Shown here: positions 1-10,405 of the stretch, in pieces | How positions within the stretch are numbered: position 1 is the first letter of the stretch | Layout of the letters: each line of letters opens with the position of its first letter | Assembly (NCBI GenBank): GCA_976551045.1 | Contig: CDPCPM010000020.1 | Span: 2,418,001 to 2,482,000, forward strand | DNA: 64,000 nucleotides | Origin: Glaucostegus cemiculus | Taxonomy: Eukaryota | Direction of reading: 5' to 3' | The notes under the pieces: model-generated | The model's input: the letters and a program-made list of their open reading frames with translations, nothing else | The model's database searches: none | Told to the model about the DNA's origin: nothing | Position numbers and translations under genes: made by a program

Positions 1-177
1 TCTTGCTTCCTTGTATGCCTTCCCTTTTGATCTTATTTTAGCTTTCATCTCTCTCGTTATCCACATTTGTCCTATTTCCATTTAAAACCTTTTTTCTTGG
101 AATATATCTATCCTGCATTTTCCTTATTTCTTGCTGAAATTCCACCCATTTTTGTTCTGCCATCTCTCCAGCAAGCT

Positions 178-404
178 TGTAGCAACTCACGATATCGGGG
201 TCTGAAACGCCGTCGGCCGTCGTGGGGAAATGCGCAAGGTCGAGATAGCGCCGGAAGGCAGGACTTTCCGGCGGGAGTATGACGTCACTTCCGCCGGCCA
301 TGTTTTTTGTAGTTCTGAATATGCGCGGCTTTTGGTGAGTTATTAAAAACGTGCTCGATCATGTCCTCGTGTTTTTTCTAAGTCGCACCCTGCTGGCTGC
401 TACA
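178..404 (+). mobile_element. Solo LTR (227 bp, Gypsy-type) inserted in CR1 ORF2
   Basis: Termini TGTAGCA...TGCTACA (7-bp inverted), 4-bp TSD AGCT at 174-177 and 405-408, ATTAAA ~60 bp before the 3' end. Removing it restores CR1 codons W-K-Y-K-L-A-G-E-M. Confidence 0.85.
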
Positions 405-408
405 AGCT

Positions 409-1130
409 TATATTTCCAATCAATCTGGGCCAACTCTTCTCTCATCCTTCTGTAATTCCTCTTGTTCCACTGAAATGTCGACACTCCAGTCATCAGCTTC
501 TCTTTTTCAAATTTCAATCTGAACTCAATCATATTATGGTCACTAGTTCCTAATGGTTCCTTTACCCTTAGTTCTCTAATCACCTCCGGTTCATTGCACA
601 ACACCCAATCCCCTGGTGGGCTCATCAACAAGTTGCTCCAAAAAGCCGTCCCGTAAATATTCAACGAACTCGCTCGCCTGAGAACTGCTGCCTTGCTGGG
701 TTTCCCAGTCCACCTTCATGTTAAAGTCACCCATAATTATCTTAACATTGTCACTCCGACATGCCTTTTCTACCTCTGGCTGCAACTTATGGTCTACCTC
801 CTGATTGCTATTAGGGGGCCTATATATAACAGCTACAACTGTCCTCTTACTATTTCCTTAGCTCCACCCATAAAGTTTCCACCTCATCTGACCTAATGTC
901 CTTCCTTTCTATTGATTTTATCTCATTACTAACCATCATGGCCACACCACCCCCTCTACCTACCCACCTATCCTTCCTATACACTGTGTACCCCTGGACA
1001 TTGAGCTCCCAGTCACATTCATCATAAAGCCATGACTCAGTGATTGCCACAATGTCATATTTGTTAATCTGCAGCTGTGCTACTAGGTCATCTACCTTAT
1101 TCCTAATGCTACATGCATTTAAATATAATA
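409..1130 (-). pseudogene. CR1 ORF2 apurinic endonuclease domain, disrupted
   Basis: Motifs AITESWL, YRKDR..GRGGGVA, MGDFN, PTRG, LGTSDHNMIEF split over three frames. Reading resumes left of the solo LTR (KLAGEMAEQKWVEF...). Confidence 0.88.
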
Positions 1131-1450
1131 CCTTTAGTTAGTTATCCACTGTTGATTTTGTTGTGCCTCCATTTTTCAGCAACTTATCCTTAATTTTCAT
1201 TTCCTCGTCCTTCTTTCCATCCTGACTGCTCACTGTCATGGACTTTTCTATTTGCCTCCACCTCTAGTCTAACATCCTGTGTCCTAGCAGCCTCATTTAC
1301 TGTACTACTATCATTCAGCATGTTACCCTGATTAATTACTTGCCTGTCCGTCTTGCCATCCTTATCACACACTATCTTGGACCTTTTTTAATCTCCTGCC
1401 TTTCTCTATCATCTTTTACCCTAATATCCTGGGTCCCATCCCCCTGCTTG

Positions 1451-2299
1451 ATTAGTTTAAACCTTCCCCAACAGCTAAGTTAAACATTCCCACCAGGACT
1501 TTGGACCCTCGAGTTTAGGTGTAACCGATGCTTGCAGAATAGGTCCCCCCTCCCCCAAAAAAGGTCCCAATGGTCCAGGAATCTGAAGCCCTGCCCCCTG
1601 CACTAAGCCACGCATTCATTTGCCATATCTTTCTGTTCCTGCTACTGCTTGCGCGTGGCACAGGCAGCAATCCTGAGATTACCACCTTAGAGGTCCTTCT
1701 CCTCAACTTCCTTCCTAACTGTATTCCTCCTTCAGGACCCCTTCTCCTTTCTTGCCTATGTCATTGGTGTCTACATGTACTAAGACCTCTGGCTGCTCCC
1801 CCTCTCCCCTCAGAATATTCTGGAACTGGTTAGTGATATCCCGTACCCTGGCACCAGGGAGGCAACACACCATCCGGGATACATTGTCGGTCTCACAGAA
1901 TTTACTATCTGTACCCCTCACTATCGAATCTCCTATAACCACTATATTGCTCTTACCACCCCCCCCAACCACAGTACCAGGCGCGGTGCCAATGTCCCAG
2001 TTGCCATGATCTTCTTCTGTCGGGTCATCCTCTCCAACGGAATCTAAGATAAGATACAGATTCTCAAGGGGAACCGCTCCAGAAGAGCTTTCAACAAACT
2101 CCTTATAGCTCCCATCTATCTCTTGCTCACTTTCTCTAATCAGCCAAAGGTCATAAAGCTGCAGCTCCAGACTCTCCACACGTTCTTTAAGGAGCAGCAA
2201 CTCGGTGCACTTTGTGCAGATGTAGTTATCGGGGAGTCTGGTAGTCTCCCAGGATCCCCACATCTGGCACTCTACACACAAAACCAATCCCAGATGCAT
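1451..2299 (-). pseudogene. CR1 ORF1 (zinc finger/leucine zipper plus SGNH esterase), frameshifted
   Basis: CVECQMW...YICTKC zinc finger, heptad LLLLKERVESLELQL, esterase motifs VIGDSIVRG, CCLPGARV, VHVDTNDIG, then VVISGLLPVPRA in the next frame. Confidence 0.9.
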
Positions 2300-2587
2300 G
2301 CTTTACTCCCTAGTGCTTATTACACAATATTGGGTTAACTAAATTTATAACTTATACAAATTAACCCGTTCTCACCTAAGCCCGTTGAGCCAAAGCCTAA
2401 ACCACTGCTACCGCTCACTCCGCTGCCCGCTCCGACGCTGCCCGCCGGATAGGGTAGCCTGTCTTTTAAATCCCGCACTCGCCTCCAATGACGTCACGTG
2501 CCTGCGCACTGCACTCTGCAGCTACCTGAATGCTAGAGAAAAAACTCAACTCGTTAATTTCCGAAGGTCTCCGTAGTCACCTGCTGA

Positions 2588-3085
2588 AAAGGAGGTTTAT
2601 GAGAATTGTCCCAGGGGTTAACATAAAAGGAATGTTTGATGGCTTTGGGCCTGTACTTGCTACAGTTAAGGATTGGGGGGGGGGGGGGGGGGGAAGAAGG
2701 GAGGGGCAGAATCCCAATGAAACTTGAATATTGAAAGGCCTGGATAAAGTGGACATGGAGAGGAAGTTTCCAGCTGTGGGAGAGACTAGGACCAGAGGCC
2801 ACAGCCTCAAAATAAAGAGAGATGTCCCTTTAGAACAGATGAGGAATTGCTTTAGTCAGGGGGTGGTGAATCTGTGGAATTCATTGCTACAGACGGCTGT
2901 GGAGGCCAAGTCATTGGGTATATTTAAAGCAGAGGTCGATAGGTTCTTGATTAGCGAGGGTGTCAAAGGTTACAGTGAGAAGGTAGGAGAATGGGATTGA
3001 GGGGAAAAATAAATCAGCCATGATCAAGTGGTGGAGCAAACTTGATGGGCTGAATGGCCTAATTCTGCTCCTGTCTTATGGTCTT
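2588..3085 (+). mobile_element. 5'-truncated CR1 3' end
   Basis: RRFMRIVPG; ORF 2731-3000 (TRTRGHSLK...FSQGVVNLWNSL...FKAEVDRFL...GY); CR1-type 3'UTR ending ...ggcctaattctgctcctgtcttatggtctt. Confidence 0.9.
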
Positions 3086-3089
3086 AAGG

Positions 3090-6000
3090 TAAGAAAAGTT
3101 CAAACATAGGATGAAACTCAAGCATTATTGCAAGGCAGGTAGCAGGTCAGAAAGTTGAACAGAATAAATGGTAAAGAATGACTAAAAGGTTAAGAAAAGC
3201 TTTAAAAACACAAAAACAGGTAGTAAGAATTTCTATAGTTATTTAAAAAGGTACTAAAGTGAGCATAGATCCTACAGAAAGCAAGCTAGAAGACAATAGA
3301 AAATAAGGAAATGGCAGATGAAACAGGTATTTTGTATCCTCTGAAGATTGATGCAAGTAACATCCCAGAAATAGCTCTCAGTAAAGAACAGAGGGAGTAA
3401 CTCAAAATCATCAGGGTAGTGTTACTGAGCAAATTGTTGGAGCTGCATATTGATGAGTCTCCTTGTCCTGATAGATTTCATCTTAAAAGTGGCTCATGAG
3501 ATAGTTAATGCATTAGTTTTGGTTTCCAAAATTCCCTTGATTTGGAGGAAGGTTTTATTAGAATGAAGAGTAATAAATTCATGCAAAAAAGGAGACTGAA
3601 AACAGGAAACTACAGGCCAGTTAGATTAATATCTGTCATAAGAAAAACACGAAGCAAAATGCAATGTAGAGCACTTAGACAATTAGTCAGGTAGTCAATG
3701 GTTTTGTGAAAGGGAAATCATGTTTGACCAATTTATTAGAGTTCTTTGAAGAAATAAGTGTTGCAGATAAAGGGGAAACCAGTGGATGTACTTATCTTGG
3801 TGGTTTTTTTTATATAAGGTGCCATAAAGGTTATAGCAGAAATTAAAAGCTTAAATTGAGTAGGAGGTAATGTATTGCATGGATAGAAAATGGCCAGCTA
3901 ACAGGAAACATGGCAGGCCTATGGTTCTCGTTCTGGTTGGCAAGATGACGAGTGGTATGCTATGGTGAGTGACCAATGCTGGGTCAAAGTGTTTTTGTAC
4001 AAAATTCATACAAATGATTTGTATGAAGGCACTGAAGCTCTGGCTGCTAAATTTGTTGATGGCATAAAGTAGGAAATCATGAAGAGGATACAAGGATGAT
4101 ACAATATATTAGTAAAAGAGAGACGCGGGTTGATATAGGACCGATAGAAAATGATGCAGGAGAGATTATTATGGATGATAAAGAGATGGCGGAGGTGCTA
4201 AATCAGTATTTTGCGTCGGTCTTCACGGTGGAAGATATTAACAATATACCGGTTAGTCAAGGGTCTCGAGGGACGGAATTGAGTACAGTTAAGATTACTG
4301 GAGAGAAAGTGTTGGGGAAGCTAAATGGGTTAAAGACTGATAAGTCTCCGGGACCGGATGAGATACATCCCTGGGTACTGAAGGAAGTAGCTTTAGAAAT
4401 ATTGGAGGCATTAGTGATAATTTTTCAGGAATCGATAGACGCTGGCGTGGTTCCGGAGGTCTGGAGGGTCGCGAATGTAGTTCCATTGTATAAGAAAGGT
4501 GGGAGACAGCACAAAGGAAATTACAGACCTATCAGTCTTACGTCTGTGGTGGGAAAGATACTAGAATCGATCCTCAAGGACTAGGTGATGGAATACCTGG
4601 AGGTGCAAGGCAAGATAGGTCCTAGTCAAGATAGGTCCTAGTCAACATGGGTTCGTGAAAGGAAGATCCTGCCTAACCAACTTATTGGAGTTTTTTGAAG
4701 AAATCTCAGGCAGGGTGGACAAGGGAGAGGCCGTAGATGTAGTGTATTTAGACTTTCAGAAGCCATTCGACAAGGTGCCGCACAAAAGGCTAATTAGTAA
4801 GATGAGAGATCACGGAATAACAGGCAGGATAATAGAATGGGTGGAGTGTTGGCTGGATGGCAGGAAACAGAGGGTAGGAATAAAAGGTTCCCGTTCTGGT
4901 TGGCTGCCTGTTACTAGTGGTGTTCCGCAGGGGTCGGTGTTGGGGCCCCTTCTTTTTACCTTATATATTAATGATTTAGACGAAGGAGTTAATGGGTTTG
5001 TGGCCAAGTTTGCGGATGACACTAAGATTGGGGGAGGAGTGGAGAGTAGTGAGGAGACAGGAAAGTTACAGAGACTTGGATAGTCTAGGAGAATGGGCGA
5101 AGAAATGGCAGATGAGGTTCAATGTGGAAAAATGTGCAGTCGTACACTTCGGAAGTAGAAATAAACGGGCAGACTATTATCTAGAAGGAGATAAAATTGG
5201 AAACACAGAAGTACAAAGGGACTTAGGGGTGCTCGTACAGGATAACCTAAAGGTTAACCGCCAGGTTGGATCGGCGGTAAGGAAAGCGAATGCTATGTTG
5301 GCATTTATTTCGAGGGGTATAGTATATAAAAGCAAGGAAGTGTTGATGAGGCTATATGGGGCACTGGTGAGGCCTCATTTAGAGTACTGTGTACAGTTTT
5401 GGGCCCCATACCTTAGGAAGGATGTGCTTTTGGAGAGGGTTCAGAGGAGATTTACTAGGATGATTCCTGGGATGAAAAGGCTTACATATGATGAGCGACT
5501 GTCAGCACTTGGACTGTACTCGTTGGAGTACAGAAGAATGAGAGGGGACCTAATAGAAATGTACAAGATGTTGAAAGGAATGGACAAAGTGAATGTGGTC
5601 AAGCTGTTTCCCTTGGTGGGGGAGTCCAGGACTAGAGGACACAACCTTAGAATCAGAGGAAGCAGGTTCAAAACAGAGATAAGGAGGAATTTCTTTAGCC
5701 AGAGGGTGGTGAACCTGTGGAACTCCTTACCACAGAAAGCAGTGGAGGCCAGATCATTGGGGATATTCAAGGAGGAAATGGATAGATATCTAATTGGTAG
5801 AGGTATCAAGGGATATGGAGATAAGGTGGGGATTTGGACTTAGAATAGGTTTTGTTTTTTTCTTTTTTCTCTTATCCTCTTTTTCCCCACCCTCCCTTCC
5901 CTTTGGAGCAGACTCGATGGGCCAACTGGCCTGCTTCTGCTCCATTATCTTGTGATCAAAAAGAGATAGGATAAGGAAGTAGGCAAAGATTTGGTCAATG

Positions 6001-6740
6001 GAGTATAATGTCAAATGGTCCAGTTAGGCCAGAATAAAAGCACATTATCTAGAAAGGTGAGCAATTATAAAGCTGAGATGCAGAAGGATCAGAGTTTCCC
6101 CATACACAATTTGCAAGACTTGTACACAAGTATAGTAGATTATTTGTAAAGCTAACAATGCTGTTTATCACTGGGGAATTGAATATTAAAGCAGGGAGGT
6201 ATTACTTCTATTATATAGGGCATTGATGAGACCACATTGAGGACTAATTTTGGTATCCTTTATTTAATGGATGATGTCAATGCATTGGAAAAGAGTTCAA
6301 TAGATTTATTAATAAAACCTAGCATGGATGGATTTTACAAGGACAGATTGAACTATCTAGGCTTGTATCCTTGCGTTTAGAGGAATGGGGGGGGGGGGGG
6401 GAGAAGACAGAGGAAGGGCAGAAACTTGGTTGAAATATACAAGACCTGGAAGGGCCTTGATAGGGCATATATAGAAACTATATATTTTTTTTTAAAATAG
6501 AACTAGGAATTATTTAAAGAGTGAGTCACCCACTTCACACAGATGAAGTGTTTTTTTTAAAATAAAAAAGGTGGTTCTTTAGAAAACTGGTATTTTAAGG
6601 TGGAGGTAGACAGATACTTAAGGGGCCAAGGTTACTCCTGAGAGAATGAAGTTGAGGTTACAAATCAGATCAGCCATCCTATTGAATGCTGAAGCATGCT
6701 TGAAAGAACCAAATGGCCCATTCCTGATCTTAATTCATAC
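3090..6740 (+). mobile_element. Old degenerate CR1 ORF2 split by a younger CR1 at 4096-5957
   Basis: Decayed RT motifs (ggaaactacaggccagttag, tcatgtttgaccaatttattagagttctttgaaga) left of 4095; homology resumes at ~5960 and ends in a CR1 3'UTR near 6740. Confidence 0.75.
4096..5957 (+). mobile_element. Relatively young 5'-truncated CR1 (RT to 3'UTR)
   Basis: Three consecutive ORFs (4096-4584, 4655-5083, 4992-5843) with KSPGPD, NYRPISLTS, YLDFQK, GVPQGSVLGP, FADD. Lesions seen: a TAG at 4582, a 16-bp tandem duplication at 4611-4642 and a frameshift near 5070. Many CpGs retained. Confidence 0.96.
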
Positions 6741-9511
6741 AACTTAAGGATTGGAAACATTTGAGAGTCCCTCTTTGCATTTTTTAAGATGCTTTCTATT
6801 GTACATAGTATTGGAATACATTTTGGGCATTGCTTAAAAAATAAACAGGCATCATTCTTTGATAAAGCCTGCTAGTAAGTTGTAGGACAGATTCTATAAC
6901 CAAATCTGGCCCAAACTGAACTGTACAGTCTGTCCAGTGAATTAATTGCAATAGACATTTGCTGTGTTTTAAACTTTCTATTAGTCACAACCTGTTGCAC
7001 AAGATCACCAATATGATCATATTTTGGACTGAACTGCAAAAAGGGAAGAGATCTGATACTTGGCTTGTGTTAAACTGAATTGAAAATCATGAAGGAACGC
7101 AAGTCTCTCTGGGTTACACAAGGAGCACAGAATAGTTGCTATTAATCAGCAATAGGATACAAGAATCATTACACTAAAAGTTACTGGCAAGATTGTTTTT
7201 GTAGCTTCCCAAAACCATACAAACCAGCTGATGAAAATTGATAGGAGGAATTTATTAACCCTGATCTTATGGCATTTTATTGTATCGAGGCAGAAGATGA
7301 TTCACAGTAACTGAAAGCAAGGCTGACGTTGGAAAAAAATCACAATCCTTTAACCACAGAACATAGAGTATCTATTTGACCATTACATTGGAGAGAGACT
7401 TGATTCTTCGTTCTAGAAATGTGGTCCTATTTCCACATATCAATTTCAAGGACAGAAAGCTCAGAATACACAAGATCCAACTTTATCAGATATCAATCTA
7501 CATGCTCAAATAACACTGGCTTTCAATATCATTAGCTTCTGCTATTTTCAGGTCACAGTCACACTGGTCTCTTACTCGTGTGCACGCAGTGTCTGCATGC
7601 ATGTGCAGTGTTAATTCTCTTCAAGATAATGTAAATGACCTTTGGCTGCTTTCAGCAATTCCTCCCAACCCCATTTTGCTGAAATGTTGCAGTTTCAAAA
7701 AAAAGAGCCTATTTTAAATTCATAGTTTTATTTCAACTATCCATGATTGTAAGATGAATGCCTTCTGAACCCATTACCCTTGAATTTGGAACTTAGAGGG
7801 GTAACCATTTGTAACCAGCAAGTGAGATAAATATTCTGAAGATAATTTATAACCCACTTACTTTACCCAAACCAGTTTTCCTTTTTTAAAAAACCCTCAG
7901 TTCATTCAAACACTTGTTAAAACCTAACTGCCATTTTTTGATATGGTAGTAACATTCTCCCAGTGTTCCATTCACTGATTTTACTGAACAGTTGAGTGAA
8001 GATGAAGCTACTGAAACGTCATAAAAATCACATTAATCCTATTGGAGGAAAATTTAGACTAATGTCCAAGATAAGCAGCTGACTACAGTTTCAATATGGG
8101 TTAGAGCAGTTGAGAATTTTAAAATTCAAAAAAGATAAAATGACTGAACTTTGTCAAATAGGGTGATGTACACATTCAGGAATTCCACTGGATTCTGTAC
8201 ATTTGGCCGAAGGATTTTTTGACTCAGTGAAAGACTGCTCCTTGCAAGAATAAAGCACTGCCAGAAATCTTTTGTACAATCCAAATAGAATGGTACTCAA
8301 GACTGGCAAAAGAGGAGAGCTTGCATTTACACAGCACTGTTCAAAACCTCAGGATGTCCCAAAGTACTTAAGAGTCATTGAAATACTTTTGATATGTGCA
8401 CCCAGAAGTTTATATAATTTTTCTCAGCTTTAAAAACTTCAGCCTACATAACACTTAAATTGTATAATTCATTCATGCCAGTTCCACAAATAAGGAATTC
8501 TACAAGTGAGAATGATACTATACTTCACTCAGGCTTTAATCCAAGTAATTTATAAATAGCAAAGTGCAGTTTGCATATTAAGGTGACCTGCTCCCTTTGA
8601 GCAACAGAAGCATCAAATCCCAGTGAGCAAAATTGATTAATCCCTTTTAGCCCTAGAAATGTCCTGCAAGATGCATCTTCTGGACATTAAAATTTAACCT
8701 GGCAACCGATTTACTTGAACGATGTTTAAAAACAATAGTCTGTTGTTGTCTCCCCTACTACCAATACACAAGAGTTCACATAACTGGATGCACCGAGAGG
8801 CAGGGGCAATGACCCATGTGAAATTAAAATAAGGAAAATATGCACAAGCAATAGTAAGCAGGTTTCAAACCAGCAATTAAGTAAAGTAATCAAAGTTCAT
8901 GTAAGCAAAGTGGGAATCTTACAAATCTTGTACACTTTCTGGAGTTAAGCAATCACAGCTCAAAGTAGGAAGAACTTAAATTGCACATCTAATACAAGTC
9001 TCTGACTTTGACAAAAGCTGTAATAAAAAGTGAAACTATCCCACCTAGTACAGATATCCACAGCCTTTATCAGTTAACCAGATGTATAACCACTGTTCAA
9101 TAAGTCACATTTTAAGGCCTATTGCACTGAATAATTGTTGTGAACATCCAAAGTCGAGAGACACCAAGTAACAATTTAAGTTTGTTTTTTGGTGGATTGC
9201 ATCTTTAAATTAGCTAATTAGTAAAACCAATAAACATTGGGTTATTCTCACCCATTTGTAACAAGACAAATGGGTATGAAAACAATGTCACAATTCAGTT
9301 GTATTGCTCATGACAACTTTACACAGGTTGCATAAATAAACACATTGCTCTGTTACAATTGTTTGTGAATTATGTGGACTAAAATCAAAGTCGGGAGGGA
9401 ATTATGGTGTCATTCACACTTGTAGACCTCCATCTTCCTCAATTGTTTCACACAAATGTTTTCATTTCAAAAGTTGATAACATCTATTACATGAGGATTT
9501 CCAGAATCTCC

Positions 9512-9682
9512 AAAGTGCTGGAGATACCCAACAGGTCAGGCAGCATCTGTGGAAAGAGAAACAGAATTAACATTTCAGATCAAAGACCCTTCATCAAGAC
9601 CACAGGGTCTTTGAACTGAAACGCCAACTCTGTTTCCCTTTTGTCAGACGCTGTCTGACCTACTGAGAATCTCCTACATTTT
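9512..9682. repeat. Short palindromic Penelope-derived element
   Basis: Inverted arms (gctggagatacccaacaggtcaggcagcatctg / cagacgctgtctgacctactgagaatctcc) centred near 9598; same sequence family as the pLTR ends at 53390-53570 and 54771-55597. Confidence 0.7.
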
Positions 9683-10049
9683 GTTTCAGTTATCAACTTT
9701 TATCACTAGGCTAGAGGTGGCAAGGCATTTATCCAGTACAAAGGAAAGCACAGCATCTGCTGTAAAATTGGAGTGTAGTGTAGGAATTACAATGCTTCTC
9801 ATTAATTTTTACTACTTTCTTAATAGGTCCAGGTCGATTACATTTCAGGGAACATATACATTACCTCCATTGTGCATACTCCCACAATCCCCCACCTGCT
9901 CTCCATGTGGAATATGTACAAGTATCATGGTCAGATCATTAAGGTGGCAGCCACATCTAACCTGTACTAGTGTTAACTCCACATACAAGCTATTTCCCTG
10001 CCCTTTCCAAACAACTTCTTCCCAATAGCTCAGGATTTAAATGCTGAAG

Positions 10050-10405
10050 CATTTCACTTCCAAATGCATTTCAAAGTCAATGATATTAAAAATAAATACT
10101 AATTTGCAAGCAGCATAATCCCTCAAATGAACTGGATACACCAATTTTGTTGGTGTTGATAAATGCTTAAATATTGCCCAAGGGACAGAACTAACTTGCC
10201 CTTCTTCCAATGGGACCCTTTACAAAGCACCTGAACATTGGGGGAGGGGGGGTGTTTGTTTTATATCCTACCCACAGTTAATTCAAGTTAACAACTCAGG
10301 CACTATTCCTTCAACACTGCACTGAGGGGCAACCCAGATTAAGTGCTCAAGTCTGAAGTCAGGCTTTGGCTCTCAACCACTGGCTTAAAGGCAAGAATGC
10401 CATCT
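10050..10405 (-). mobile_element. Degenerate Deu-domain SINE (SacSINE/AmnSINE-like)
   Basis: Resembles the copy at 61415-61790 (aatttgc...tggtgttgat...cttcttccaatggga...gtgctcaagtct...aggcaagaatgc). Confidence 0.55.

Larger units (their letters stand above)
1..2580 (-). mobile_element. CR1 LINE retaining 5'UTR, ORF1 and the 5' part of ORF2 (runs off the left window edge); interrupted by a solo LTR at 178-404
   Basis: Minus-strand ORF fragments in CR1 order: ORF1 (1715-2299, 1515-1706), then APE endonuclease motifs AITESW, RGGGVA, IIMGDFN, SDHNMIEF (850-1050, 591-785, 359-664). GC-rich 5'UTR at ~2300-2580. Confidence 0.93.

Noticed and set aside
38-301. 87-aa ORF MAGGSDV...
   Set aside because: Chimera of antisense solo-LTR sequence and CR1 ORF2; no sign of a real gene.
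5441-5809. Antisense ORFs over CR1 (also 1752-2009, 4810-5022, 52539-52919)
   Set aside because: Shadow frames of LINE coding sequence.
9250-9275. 10-bp perfect hairpin ACCCATTTGT-aacaag-ACAAATGGGT
   Set aside because: Too short for a pre-miRNA and plausible by chance.
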